A stretch of DNA of 63,121 nucleotides, counting the filler, from Octopus bimaculoides (taxonomy: Eukaryota), in assembly GCF_001194135.2 (NCBI RefSeq). It is 5 parts of 5 records of this genome, joined end to end, with 100 filler letters (N's around TTAATTAATTAA, not from the genome) between each part and the next. Parts side by side here need not be neighbours in the genome. Positions count along the whole stretch, not along the records: positions 15,761 to 45,853 come from NC_068991.1; positions 45,954 to 54,712 come from NW_026303213.1; 3 more parts are not named here. One strand, given 5' to 3'. The position numbers and the translations under genes are program-made. Positions 37,628 to 46,725 of this stretch are shown here, in pieces. The notes under the pieces were generated by a model. It saw only the letters and a list, made by a program, of their open reading frames with translations, made no database searches and was not told where the DNA came from. The number at the start of each line of letters is the position of its first letter. Position 1 is the first letter of the stretch.

Positions 37628-39797
37628 NNNNNNNNNNNNNNNNNNNNNNNNNNNNNNNNNNNNNNNNNNNNNNNNNNNNNNNNNNNNNNNNNNNNNNNNN
37701 NNNNNNNNNNNNNNNNNNNNNNNNNNNNNNNNNNNNNNNNNNNNNNNNNNNNNNNNNNNNNNNNNNNNNNNNNNNNNNNNNNNNNNNNNNNNNNNNNNNN
37801 NNNNNNNNNNNNNNNNNNNNNNNNNNNNNNNNNNNNNNNNNNNNNNNNNNNNTTTTTTTTTTTTTTTTGTTTTTTTTTTTGTAGATGAAATTATTGATAA
37901 AAGTAAATTCATAATTTACTGACAGAAGTAACTTCAAAAATTTCACTTAAATTCGTACACGTAGTCAATTTCCCTAAAAATTTCTTATTTACTTTTGCAA
38001 CAGTTTTGTGTTTTTCTGTTGTAAACAGCTTTTTTCTGGTTCCTTTGATCTTGGCTCTTTGATTCACTGACAAATTCCACTTCAACCCATACAATTCTTT
38101 ATTTTCCATAAAAATTTCTTATTTACTTTCTGCCTGTCATATTAAGAAATATAATTTCTGTTACCCAGTTATTTTCATTGTTTACTATTTTCTGCACCTG
38201 TGTATTTCTGTATATGTATATAACCATGGTTAGAAGGAAAGTGTCAAATTTGTCTACAATGTCAAGGTCAGCCAAAAGAATGTCTCTGTCTAGGGTAAGA
38301 GAGACAGCTGCAGAAAGGGAAATATATCAAGAAATGGTGGTTGTGGTGGTGGTGGTGGTGGTGGTAATGATGTTGGGTGGGTGCTTGAATAAGCCATAAT
38401 AAAATCAATCTTACCTTAAATATTTCAGTGAAACACAGTTTGTATTTGTCTCGGTAATCTAGCAAGTTGCCAATAAATGGTAAGCCTGGAGCACCGGGAA
38501 TTGCTTTGAATGGACAGAGTTGTACATGATCTGAGTCAGATGTTTCAGGGAGCTGGACATGGTTGAAGGGACATTTCTGTAAGGAACAAGAAGAAATGTG
38601 TCAATAACATATATTTGATTTATCACAAGAAAGTTTAGGGTTTTATTTTCCTAGTTTTTATTCAGAAGTCTAAGGAAATGATCAATACACACACATACTC
38701 ACACACACACACAGGCATACATGCACATACACACATACTTATAATATGTTTGTCAGCCATGTAGTTATATAAATAGCATTTATTTGGATGTGCGGCACTT
38801 CGGGCAAGTGTCTTATACTATAACCCTGGACCAAAAAAACCTTGTGAGTAGATTTGGTTGGTGGAAACTGAACAAAGCCCATCATGTAAGTATGAGAGTG
38901 TGTATGTGTGTGTGTATGCATACACATGCACATAAGTCTCTTTATCATGACATTGCACAATAGCTATAAAAGAATGTCATCATATCGTCATTACACAAGT
39001 GTTACTCTTGTAAAGGTACATGATTTAATGGTTAGGTATCAGATTCATGATTGTAAGGTTGTGGTTTCAACTGGGCAATGTAGTATGTTCTTGAGCAAAG
39101 TATTTCATTTCATGTTGCTCCAGTCCACACAGCTGGCAAAGATGAGTAACCCTGTGATGGACTGGCATCCTTTCCAGGGAGGAATATTCAGTCATGGCCA
39201 AAAGTTTGGAACATAGGTCTGAAAATTTGAATTTTTATATTAAATGCCCAATGTTATATTAATTTGCAATATATTATTACTTGGTCAAAAGTTTGAAAAA
39301 TAGGCCTGATAGTTAGAATTTTTATATTAAATGCCCAAATATATACATTGTATATATTTGAATCAAATTGTACTTGGGCATAACAATTTTAATTTTTAAG
39401 AAAAATGTTCCAAACTTGGCCATGACTGTATATGCCATAGAAACTGGGAAACTAGCTCTACAAGTCTATATAACTTAGAAAGGATCTTTATCATTTTATC
39501 TTTATCTAAGCACTGTTTTTTATTTCTAGTCTGCTATGAAACATTCATGAAGGAAATATTATGTTTGAAAAAAAGGGAAGGTTGCCCACAGGAAGGATAT
39601 CTGACCCTACAAAATCTGCCTTCATGAATTTTGTCTGACCCATACAAGCAGGGGAATGTAAGCACAAAAACAATGATGACAACAGAAATCCCATACCTGT
39701 GCATTATAGTGTTCAGATGAAGCTGTTACAGCTACAGGATGTGGAAGTAGTTTGCCAAAACCACCAGTTAGGTTGGGTATCCGGAGCACATTTGACA
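20923..39797 (-). CDS. Cytochrome P450, mitochondrial clan, multi-exon, 5' end incomplete: join(39697-39797, 38415-38576, 36693-36889, 34301-34494, 32678-32898, 30589-30747, 29355-29521, 26535-26613, 25420-25573, 23592-23635, 20923-21069)
   Basis: Eleven exons with AG/GT boundaries and matching phases give 1625 nt plus one missing base of a split codon, about 541 aa. Motifs: [16 protein letters not shown] (WxxxR), KACFKEAVR (ExxR with the basic residues typical of adrenodoxin-dependent CYPs), PHRW (PERF), [10 protein letters not shown] (heme Cys at 25424-25426). The family cannot be assigned without a search. Confidence 0.95.
21590..22426 (+). mobile_element. Internally deleted Tc1/mariner (maT-like) transposon in the last CYP intron
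   Basis: [70 protein letters not shown] at 21590 has a degenerate inverse at 22405-22426. Stops and frameshifts are present. Confidence 0.9.
23026..23397 (+). mobile_element. CORE-like tRNA-derived SINE (5' end in gap)
   Basis: GGGTTCAGTCCCACTG..CCTTGGGCAAGTG...TCCAGCATGGCCACAGTCAAATGACTGAAAC. Related copies at 4506-4580(-), 17715-17950(-), 18459-18645(+), 24835-25110(+), 33738-33822(+), 38770-38900(+), 40195-40350(+). Confidence 0.9.
23592..23635 (-). CDS. CYP exon J: [14 protein letters not shown]
   Basis: cctgcag acceptor, AAG|gtattt donor, completes CLGRRxAE, 44 nt, phase 1/0. Confidence 0.95.
23700..24700. repeat. (CAC/CAT)n low-complexity tract spanning a gap (intronic)
   Basis: Trinucleotide repeats; source of the spurious poly-His, poly-Thr and poly-Pro ORFs. 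Confidence 0.9.
25420..25573 (-). CDS. CYP exon I: [13 protein letters not shown]...PEKYDPHRW...FGQGARMCL(G)
   Basis: ttccgacag acceptor, gtgagt donor, PERF and heme-binding motifs, 154 nt, phase 0/1. Confidence 0.97.
26535..26613 (-). CDS. CYP exon H: [26 protein letters not shown]
   Basis: tttacag acceptor, gtgagt donor, YP...R...D...GYxVPxG motif, 79 nt, phase 2/0. Confidence 0.95.
26890..27500. repeat. Degenerate short-period tandem repeat (ATATAGAGG...TCTACAAT-like units)
   Basis: Recurrent TCTACAAT/ATATAG/AGAGG words at roughly 20-40 bp spacing inside a CYP intron. Confidence 0.6.
28126..28392 (+). mobile_element. About 265-bp dispersed element with an HHR-like motif at 28153-28194; second copy at 52953-53210
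   Basis: The two copies align over their full length and both end at ACAAACCCCTT before a gap. Motif: GGAC CTTGAAGA CTGC..GCAA GAAAG TATA CTA GTCC. Confidence 0.75.
29355..29521 (-). CDS. CYP exon G: [26 protein letters not shown]...[12 protein letters not shown](R)
   Basis: actgcag acceptor, AG|gtcagt donor, LAxNPxxQExLyxEI and ExxR motifs, 167 nt, phase 0/2. Confidence 0.95.
29712..29775 (+). ncRNA. HHR-like module related to the arms of the 44314 element
   Basis: AAGACAC CTGAAGA TGGCAG-10nt-CAGCC AAAAC...CAAGATGATGAC; intact CTGAnGA core, G12 changed to A. Confidence 0.55.
29848..30054. mobile_element. Second piggyBac-like MITE family
   Basis: TTAA-CCTTTTGC...GCAAAAGG-TTAA; short TIR only. 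Confidence 0.6.
30064..30324 (-). mobile_element. Young tRNA-derived SINE with 15-bp TSD
   Basis: A and B boxes, central TTGAGCAAAACACTT domain, (TTTA)n tail; TSD AAAAGGTTAAAATTA at 30049-30063 and 30325-30339. Confidence 0.92.
30589..30747 (-). CDS. CYP exon F: [53 protein letters not shown]
   Basis: cctctttag acceptor, gtgagt donor, 159 nt, phase 0/0. H and I helices. Not listed in this frame in the ORF track. Confidence 0.9.
31082..31650 (-). mobile_element. 3' end of a second PLE family: endonuclease tail + CT-rich UTR + terminal repeat
   Basis: The minus strand reads [22 protein letters not shown] (R..E..LI..L....P.GLN end motif). The 31082-31160 end matches 54110-54180. Confidence 0.65.
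31652..31971. mobile_element. MITE-like element with about 83-bp TIRs and TA flanks
   Basis: AGAATCAAAGTTAGGCAAATCAAGTTCA... matches the reverse complement of the right end; AT-rich core. Confidence 0.8.
32111..32361. mobile_element. Palindromic element with about 118-bp arms and a 9-nt loop; HHR-like motif at 32195-32235 (-)
   Basis: Arms 32111-32229 and 32239-32361. Minus-strand motif: ATAT TTGAAGA ACCTA-CAAGAA-TAGGT GCAAG CG CTA ATAT. Confidence 0.8.
32678..32898 (-). CDS. CYP exon E: [18 protein letters not shown]...SIGSSLLKK
   Basis: actacag acceptor, gtaagt donor, LFxxRLGCL motif typical of mitochondrial CYPs, 221 nt, phase 1/0. Confidence 0.95.
34301..34494 (-). CDS. CYP exon D: [17 protein letters not shown]...ELFRWSME(T)
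   Basis: tatttcag acceptor, gtgagt donor, WxxxR C-helix, 194 nt, phase 2/1. Confidence 0.95.
34569..34788. mobile_element. piggyBac-like MITE (TTAA TSD)
   Basis: TTAA-CCCTTTAGCA...TGCTAAAGGG-TTAA. An opposite-orientation copy lies at 36013-36226 and a truncated copy starts at 36281. Confidence 0.85.
36013..36226. mobile_element. piggyBac-like MITE, older copy of the 34569 family
   Basis: TTAA-TCCTTTAGCA...TGCTAAAGGA-TCAA; internal sequence is the reverse of the 34569 copy. Confidence 0.75.
36693..36889 (-). CDS. CYP exon C: [19 protein letters not shown]...LEIGIFN(S)
   Basis: tctttcag acceptor, gtgagt donor, KYG motif, 197 nt, phase 0/2. Confidence 0.93.
38415..38576 (-). CDS. CYP exon B: [54 protein letters not shown]
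   Basis: ttccttacag acceptor, AAG|gtaaga donor, proline-rich hinge motif, 162 nt, phase 0/0. Confidence 0.9.
39189..39428. mobile_element. Tc1-type MITE nested in a SINE
   Basis: TIRs CAGTCATGGCCAAAAGTTTGGAACAT / ATGTTCCAAACTTGGCCATGACTG, followed by TA; the SINE continues on both sides. Confidence 0.85.
39697..39797 (-). CDS. CYP candidate exon A: (x)[33 protein letters not shown], presequence-like
   Basis: Acceptor tttttgtatttaacag, donor CAG|gtatgg. Open frame, ending in phase 0, which matches exon B. No conserved motif, so support is weaker. Confidence 0.6.
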
Positions 39798-40835
39798 CTG
39801 TTAAATACAAAAATATGAATACATTTATAAAACATTATTTTCTTTTTTTTTGCAGAAAGAAGCCTAGGTTATATATATTATGTTTATAACTTTCAATATG
39901 AATTAATATTCACAATTCTTAATTTTTTTTCCCTTTGCCATTTTTAAATAATTTTCAACTCTGAAAATAAGCTTAATTTTATACACCCATCTAAAAATAA
40001 GCCAAATTTACTTATGATCTTCTCATGTAGGTAAATCCACTCATTTCCATATATTTTTTTTTTTTCAAAGTATGTTTATGATATAAACATCTACAAAATA
40101 AGTGCAGGCAGGTATGACGGCGAGCTGGCAGAAACGTTAGCATGCCGGGCGAAATGCTTAGCGGTATTTCATCTGCCGTTACATGTGTGTGTGTGTGTAG
40201 CTGTGTGGTAATAAGCTTGCTTCCCAACCACATGGTTCTGGGTTCAGTCTCACTGTGTGGCATCTTGGTCAAGTGTCTTCTACTAAAGCCTTGGACCAAC
40301 AAAAGCCTGAGAGTGGATTTGGTAGGCAGAAACTGAAAGAAGCCTGTCATATATATATATATATATATATANNNNNNNNNNNNNNNNNNNNNNNNNNNNN
40401 NNNNNNNNNNNNNNNNNNNNNNNNNNNNNNNNNNNNNNNNNNNNNNNNNNNNNNNNNNNNNNNNNNNNNNNNNNNNNNNNNNNNNNNNNNNNNNNNNNNN
40501 NNNNNNNNNNNNNNNNNNNNNNNNNNNNNNNNNNNNNNNNNNNNNNNNNNNNNNNNNNNNNNNNNNNNNNNNNNNNNNNNNNNNNNNNNNNNNNNNNNNN
40601 NNNNNNNNNNNNNNNNNNNNNNNNNNNNNNNNNNNNNNNNNNNNNNNNNNNNNNNNNNNNNNNNNNNNNNNNNNNNNNNNNNNNNNNNNNNNNNNNNNNN
40701 NNNNNNNNNNNNNNNNNNNNNNNNNNNNNNNNNNNNNNNNNNNNNNNNNNNNNNNNNNNNNNNNNNNNNNNCAGATGCATTTTGAACAACAAATTTTTCT
40801 ATATTTTTCCTGCGTGGAAATACAACCTCCTTTTG

Positions 40836-40872
<37 letters not shown>

Positions 40873-41022
40873 CGCGCTTGTGTGTGTGTGTGTGTGTATT
40901 ACATATAAAAACTTGAATGAAAAGGAAAACTACTCTTACGCTTTCCCATTTCCACTTATCTATGTGCATATGTGTTGAGATATTTGATATAGATGTTTGT
41001 ATATGCTACTATTGAAATATGA

Positions 41023-41060
<38 letters not shown>

Positions 41061-41384
41061 TGGTTTTAGAGAAGAATTTAGATGAGCTCATTTGTAGAAA
41101 TAATATCTACAACTACAAACACAGCAACAACAATAACAAGACCAACATAAACTGTGATAATCAGAGTAGCAATAAAAGAAACACTCTTAACCTTATAAGG
41201 GAGCCTCTAGCCAGTTATACCAGCTCCTAGAAATAACAGCAAAATCTCCCTCAGATCACAGTCTTAAATAAAGAAGGGTACATTGGACAGTGTAGTCTCT
41301 AATGTACAAAAGAATAGGATGGTCATGGCTGGAATGCCTTTGAACACAGGTCTTCTCTACTGCAGCTTACCTGGTGTTCAGTAA

Positions 41385-41730
41385 CAACAACAATAACAAT
41401 TTTAACAGCAACAATAACAAATAAGAGCTGTAATAACAATGATCATAGCAATACCAGTTATACTAATAACAACCATAACAACAACCACAGTGACAACAAC
41501 AATCATAACAATAATGACAATAATTGTAACAATAACAATCATAATAACAATAATGACAATAATTATAACAATAACAATCATAATAACAACTATAACAACA
41601 ATCATAACCAAAACAACAGCCATAACAACATGCAGAACAGCAACAACCATAACAACAGCCATATTAACAACCATAATGATATCAACAACCAAAACAATAA
41701 CAATTAAAACAACAACATCCATAAAGAGCC
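41385..41730. repeat. (AAC/AAT)n low-complexity tract
   Basis: Degenerate trinucleotide repeat; related tracts near 42070-42170 and 42500-42580. Confidence 0.85.
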
Positions 41731-42686
41731 AGCTATTACCTGCAAACTAGTTTTAGTTGATGACATGTACCATGCTTTTCCTAATTGCTTTAGGTACCTG
41801 TGAAATTGTGAGAAGGTATAGGTACCCTCTTGTCTTGGTTCTCCCATCCTTTGATCCAGTGGCATACCCAGGGTGTTGAAGCTGGAGGGAGAGAGAGAAA
41901 GTTGCTCCAGCATTTAGCTAGTACTCTTTTATAGCTGTGTAGAGTGGCGCAACATGAAATAAAGTGCCTTGCTCAAGGACACAGTGTACTGCCTGGTCCA
42001 AGAATTGAAAGCAGAGCATTCTGATTGTGAGCCAAACGACCTAAGCACTAGAACATATTCTTTTAAAACAACAACGAAAGTAACAACAACACAAGCCATA
42101 GCAACAGCAAATATAATGACAATCATAACAACAACTATAATAACATTAACCATGACTACAACTAATAAAATTGGCTCTCTGTTGGTCCCAACAACACAGG
42201 TTACACTTTATTGAATCAATGGAACAGCCTACTTGTGAAAGTAATGTGTAAGCAGCTTAGTGCAGCACAGGCATGCATCCCCCTAATGTAGTTCTCAGGG
42301 AGATTCAGTGTGACACAGAATGTGACAAGGCTGGCCCTTTAGAATTACAGGTACAACTCACTTTTGATAGTTGAGTGGACTGGAGCAATGTGAAATAAAG
42401 TGTCTTGCTCAAGGGCACAATACACCACCAGAAAGTGAACTCATGACCTGACGATTGTGAGCTGATTACCCTAACCACTAAGCCACATGCCTTCACAGGC
42501 AACAACTATAACAACAACCATAACAACAATCATAACAGCAACAATAATATAAATTACAACAAACTCAACAACTTCCTCAAGAATAGTAACAAAATCTTAC
42601 TGAAATTTCTTAATTTCATTTTCCCGTTTCACTTTTGATGTGCTTCAGTATATATCACAGGTGTATATATGTGTGTGTGTGGTTGC

Positions 42687-42733
<47 letters not shown>

Positions 42734-43067
42734 ATCAAATTAGTAGTCTTTAGAGCATCAGATAGAATGCCTTGTGGTATTTGTTCAAAGTTCAAATCTC
42801 ATCTGTGACCAGATAAAAAAAGGAATCCAGCCCTTTGGAATAAGGTAAGAACAATGACAGACTTGGAAATTCTTAAATAATATGTGCTCAAGAATATTGG
42901 TAGATTACTCCCAACTTCAGCACACCACCTTTCAAAGGAGAATTCAAGGGTTACTTTATGTGCATTCAATGAACAAATTTATACATACATACATATATGT
43001 ATGTGTGTATATTAATACGTGTATGTATATGTATCTGTGTACGAATGTATATATATGTGTGTATGTG

Positions 43068-43139
<72 letters not shown>

Positions 43140-43389
43140 TATGTAAGTATATATATATATATATATGTGTATGTATGTATGTATAAAATATATATACACA
43201 GGTGTTGTTCAGTCTTATAGGTTGTGTGATGGGCTACTGAATTTATACACAACAGGGATGAACATTTTGTCATCATGCTGCTGCTGCTGCAACTGATGAT
43301 GATGATGATGATGACGTATATGAATGGAAAGTTGAAGAAAGATGATGGTGCCAGCAGTTTTGGTAGCAGTGGGAGATTTTATATCTAAT

Positions 43390-43421
<32 letters not shown>

Positions 43422-44367
43422 TANNNNNNNNNNNNNNNNNNNNNNNNNNNNNNNNNNNNNNNNNNNNNNNNNNNNNNNNNNNNNNNNNNNNNNNNNNNNN
43501 NNNNNNNNNNNNNNNNNNNNNNNNNNNNNNNNNNNNNNNNNNNNNNNNNNNNNNNNNNNNNNNNNNNNNNNNNNNNNNNNNNNNNNNNNNNNNNNNNNNN
43601 NNNNNNNNNNNNNNNNNNNNNNNNNNNNNNNNNNNNNNNNNNNNNNNNNNNNNNNNNNNNNNNNNNNNNNNNNNNNNNNNNNNNNNNNTATATACACACA
43701 CACATACACACCCATATGCACTCAGCTCTTGGAATTCACTTTCACATTTTATATAGTCATTCACAAATAGTTTAACAGTATGTATATATGTGTAATGTGT
43801 GATTCCGGAAAAGTCCATATATAAAGACTTCTTGTTAACTAAAGACTCACGGATGTGACAAAGGAAAAGAAAGAGAAGCTGGAAGTGAAGGAAGTTGTTG
43901 TGATTATGCTCACAGTGGTATTTTCAATGATGGAAGTGGTTGTGGTGGTGGTGGTGGTGGTAGTGGTGGTGGGTGATGGTATTGTTTATTGTTGCGGTGG
44001 TAATGGTGGTCACAGTTTTGTTCATAACTGTGTTTTGTGAAGATGGTGTTGTTCCTGTTCTTATCTAATCCCAGATGTGCCTTGACTATCCAGAGCTGTA
44101 ATCAAATGCATTCCAGTAACAATCAACCCATTTCCGCCTATATTTAGAGAACCCCCAAAACACTTTATCCTGAGTTCTTTTCTAAGATAATGGGTGTTTG
44201 ATTTGAGGAAGATTTTGCTGCTATTTTTACCAGATCAAATGACAATGTGATGATGGTTTTGGTTACTATTTTTAGCTAATATAGTTCTATATTTAAGAGA
44301 TGATGAATTATATACATTATTTACATTATTTACATTTGACGGATATTTGTCCTCATCTTGTTTGCTG

Positions 44368-44412
44368 TTAACACATTTCGGCTGATACACCCTCCAGCCT
44401 TCATCATGTGTC
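44368..44412 (-). ncRNA. Minimal type-I hammerhead-like motif (left arm, degenerate)
   Basis: GACAC ATGATGA A GGCTG-10nt-CAGCC GAAAT GTGTT; stem I GACAC/GTGTT, with C3 changed. Confidence 0.55.
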
Positions 44413-44459
44413 TTGAGGAAATTTCAAACCTGGGTTCTCATTCCTAAGGTATTTTTCGG

Positions 44460-44516
<57 letters not shown>

Positions 44517-44686
44517 TATTCAGGTCACTGTCTGGAATTGAACTCGGAATCTTGGGATTAGTAGCCCATGCTCTTAACCACTACACCGTATGCCCGTGCC
44601 AATGGACATAGGGCATAGTGGTTAAGAGAGTGGGCTACTAACCCCAAGGATTAGGAGTTCGATTCCAGACAGTGACCTGAATAATG

Positions 44687-44719
<33 letters not shown>

Positions 44720-44763
44720 TCGAAAAATACCTTAGGAATGAGAAGCCAGGTTCGAAATTTCCC

Positions 44764-44812
44764 CAAGACCCCCGATGAAGGCTGCTGGGTATATCAGCTG
44801 AAACTTTATGTT
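44764..44812 (+). ncRNA. Minimal type-I hammerhead-like motif (right arm, degenerate)
   Basis: GACCC CCGATGA A GGCTG-10nt-CAGCT GAAAC TTT ATGTT; core U4 appears changed to C. Confidence 0.55.
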
Positions 44813-44904
44813 AACAACAAACAAGATGAGAACAAATATCCTTGTAAATAATGTAAATAATGCATTTTTAGCAAGTCATGCCATTTTTCCCCCATTGTTT
44901 TACA

Positions 44905-45270
44905 AAGCCTTGGACTACATTTTCAAATGTGACCTTTTAAGATGATGGATTGTAGTTAGACAAAGGTTTTGGTTGCTATTCCTAGCAGGTCAAGCAACTC
45001 TTTTGTTTCCAATTTTTTTCAGCATTAATAGACCTTGGATAACATTTTCAAATGTGACCTTTTATTATGGTGGAATATTGATAGACAATGGTAAAGGGTT
45101 TGGCCTCTATTGTTAGCAGGCAAAGCCATTGTTTTGTTACCATATTTTTTTTCAGCATTCATGTACCTTGGATTACATTTTCAAATGTGACCTTTTATTT
45201 CAAAGGTAGAGTGTAGTTTAGGAAAGATTTTGGATGCTATTTCGTTGCATGTCAAGTTACCATGTTGAGG
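44905..45270. repeat. Three tandem units of about 125-135 bp
   Basis: CCTTGGA(C/T)xACATTTTCAAATGTGACCTTTT recurs near 44909, 45033 and 45166. Confidence 0.75.
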
Positions 45271-45481
45271 TTCCCATATTTACTTTGTTGCTTTTTCTTG
45301 TTATTTAACCTAATAACAACATTGGTGGACATTGTTACTAAAAAAAAAAAAAAACTGGAATCTAGCCCTGTCCATTCTGTCTAGGACTTCACCGGTCAAC
45401 ATATCTTCTTTTTGAAGAAAGCAGAGAAAGAATTCAATGGAATTTGGCTGTTATTTCTAGAAGGTTGTGACACTGTTTAAC

Positions 45482-45570
45482 ACAGGGGTTCTTAACCATT
45501 TCATTTTTTGCCTATAGACCCCTTTAATTCCTATTTTACTCTACTGGACCCTAATAAACATTTGATGTTT
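45482..45570. mobile_element. Possible hAT-type MITE terminus
   Basis: CAGGGGTTCTTAACC resembles hAT TIR ends; no partner TIR found. Confidence 0.3.
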
Positions 45571-46725
45571 GGAAAAAAGGCTGACAATTATGGTGGTTGT
45601 AGTGGAGAGCTGAGAAGTATGGAATAAAGTGTTGAGTGTTGGTCAGGAGCGATGAAGATAGCATTTTTGTTGCACTTAGTGACACTAATAGGGCGGGAAC
45701 TAGTAGTTGTTTTTATCTTAAAAGATGACGTTAGCAACATACATATACACGAACACTTACGCATCCACTCATATGTATGGATACAAACACTTATAAATGT
45801 AAAAATAAATATATATCTACAGATATAGATACATATATATATATATATATATANNNNNNNNNNNNNNNNNNNNNNNNNNNNNNNNNNNNNNNNNNNNTTA
45901 ATTAATTAANNNNNNNNNNNNNNNNNNNNNNNNNNNNNNNNNNNNNNNNNNNNGAAAGGGGTGCATAGATTGTGCTGTAGTTGTATTTTTTTCCTAGTCC
46001 CCATAGTTACCAAGATAATCGATTAAAACTTTTTCTAATGGAATTCCCCTGTTTGTCCCACCATTAGAACAACCAGTTGCTCACACAGCCAGCATATACC
46101 ATTTTGTTAGCAACAGGGGGGGGGGGCAGAGGATGACAGGCAACCAAAACTTTTGCTATGCTGTCTCTCTTCTTTCACCTCTTTGTGGGGTTAATAATCT
46201 TAATCTTTAGTTACAATTTCTCATTCAAACTACAGAATAGGCAGGATTGTAGGATTAAAACAGTAGGGTGTTTTGAGGGAGATTTGGCTACTATTTCTAC
46301 CAGGTCTAGTTACCATGTAGAGGTCTGAACTTAACCTTCATTCACATATTTGCATTTCAAAAATTTAACATAATCTTTTCCATAAATCAACTATCGTGAA
46401 AATTTTATATGATGACCTCACATTTTCCATCTATGTGTGTGTACCTTAAAAGATGTCAATTATGACACACAGCTTCACTCACTCACTCTATCTCTTTCTC
46501 ACCCTCTTTCTCCCTCACATACACACGCGCAAGCACGCATGCATGCACACACACATACACACACACACACATTCATATGCATTTCATATATCTTCTTTCA
46601 ATCTCTGCTCTCTGCAATTAAATTTTTTACGGATACAACTGCTTGCAAAAATAGGGATTAATGTATAATTTCTTTCTATGTTCATAATTAAATCAATGTT
46701 TTAATGATTAGATGGAGGTCTAATA

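Larger units (their letters stand above)
44314..44863. mobile_element. 550-bp head-to-head palindromic element; each arm = tRNA-like head + (AAT)n + HHR-like motif + TAAATAATG tail
   Basis: Arms 44314-44594 and 44604-44863 are reverse complements along their length. The right arm has A box TAGTGGTTAAG (44616-44626) and B box GGAGTTCGATTCC (44654-44666). Confidence 0.85.

Noticed and set aside
41744-41885. Possible upstream CYP exon (good acceptor ctccctccag, donor CAG|gtaata)
   Set aside because: The phase-1 frame needed to join exon A contains a TAG. It could only be UTR and does not provide a start codon.
44600-44680. Functional tRNA gene (Ser-like anticodon loop)
   Set aside because: The T-stem and acceptor stem do not pair; this is a SINE-type tRNA-derived head. 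The same applies to the other SINE heads.
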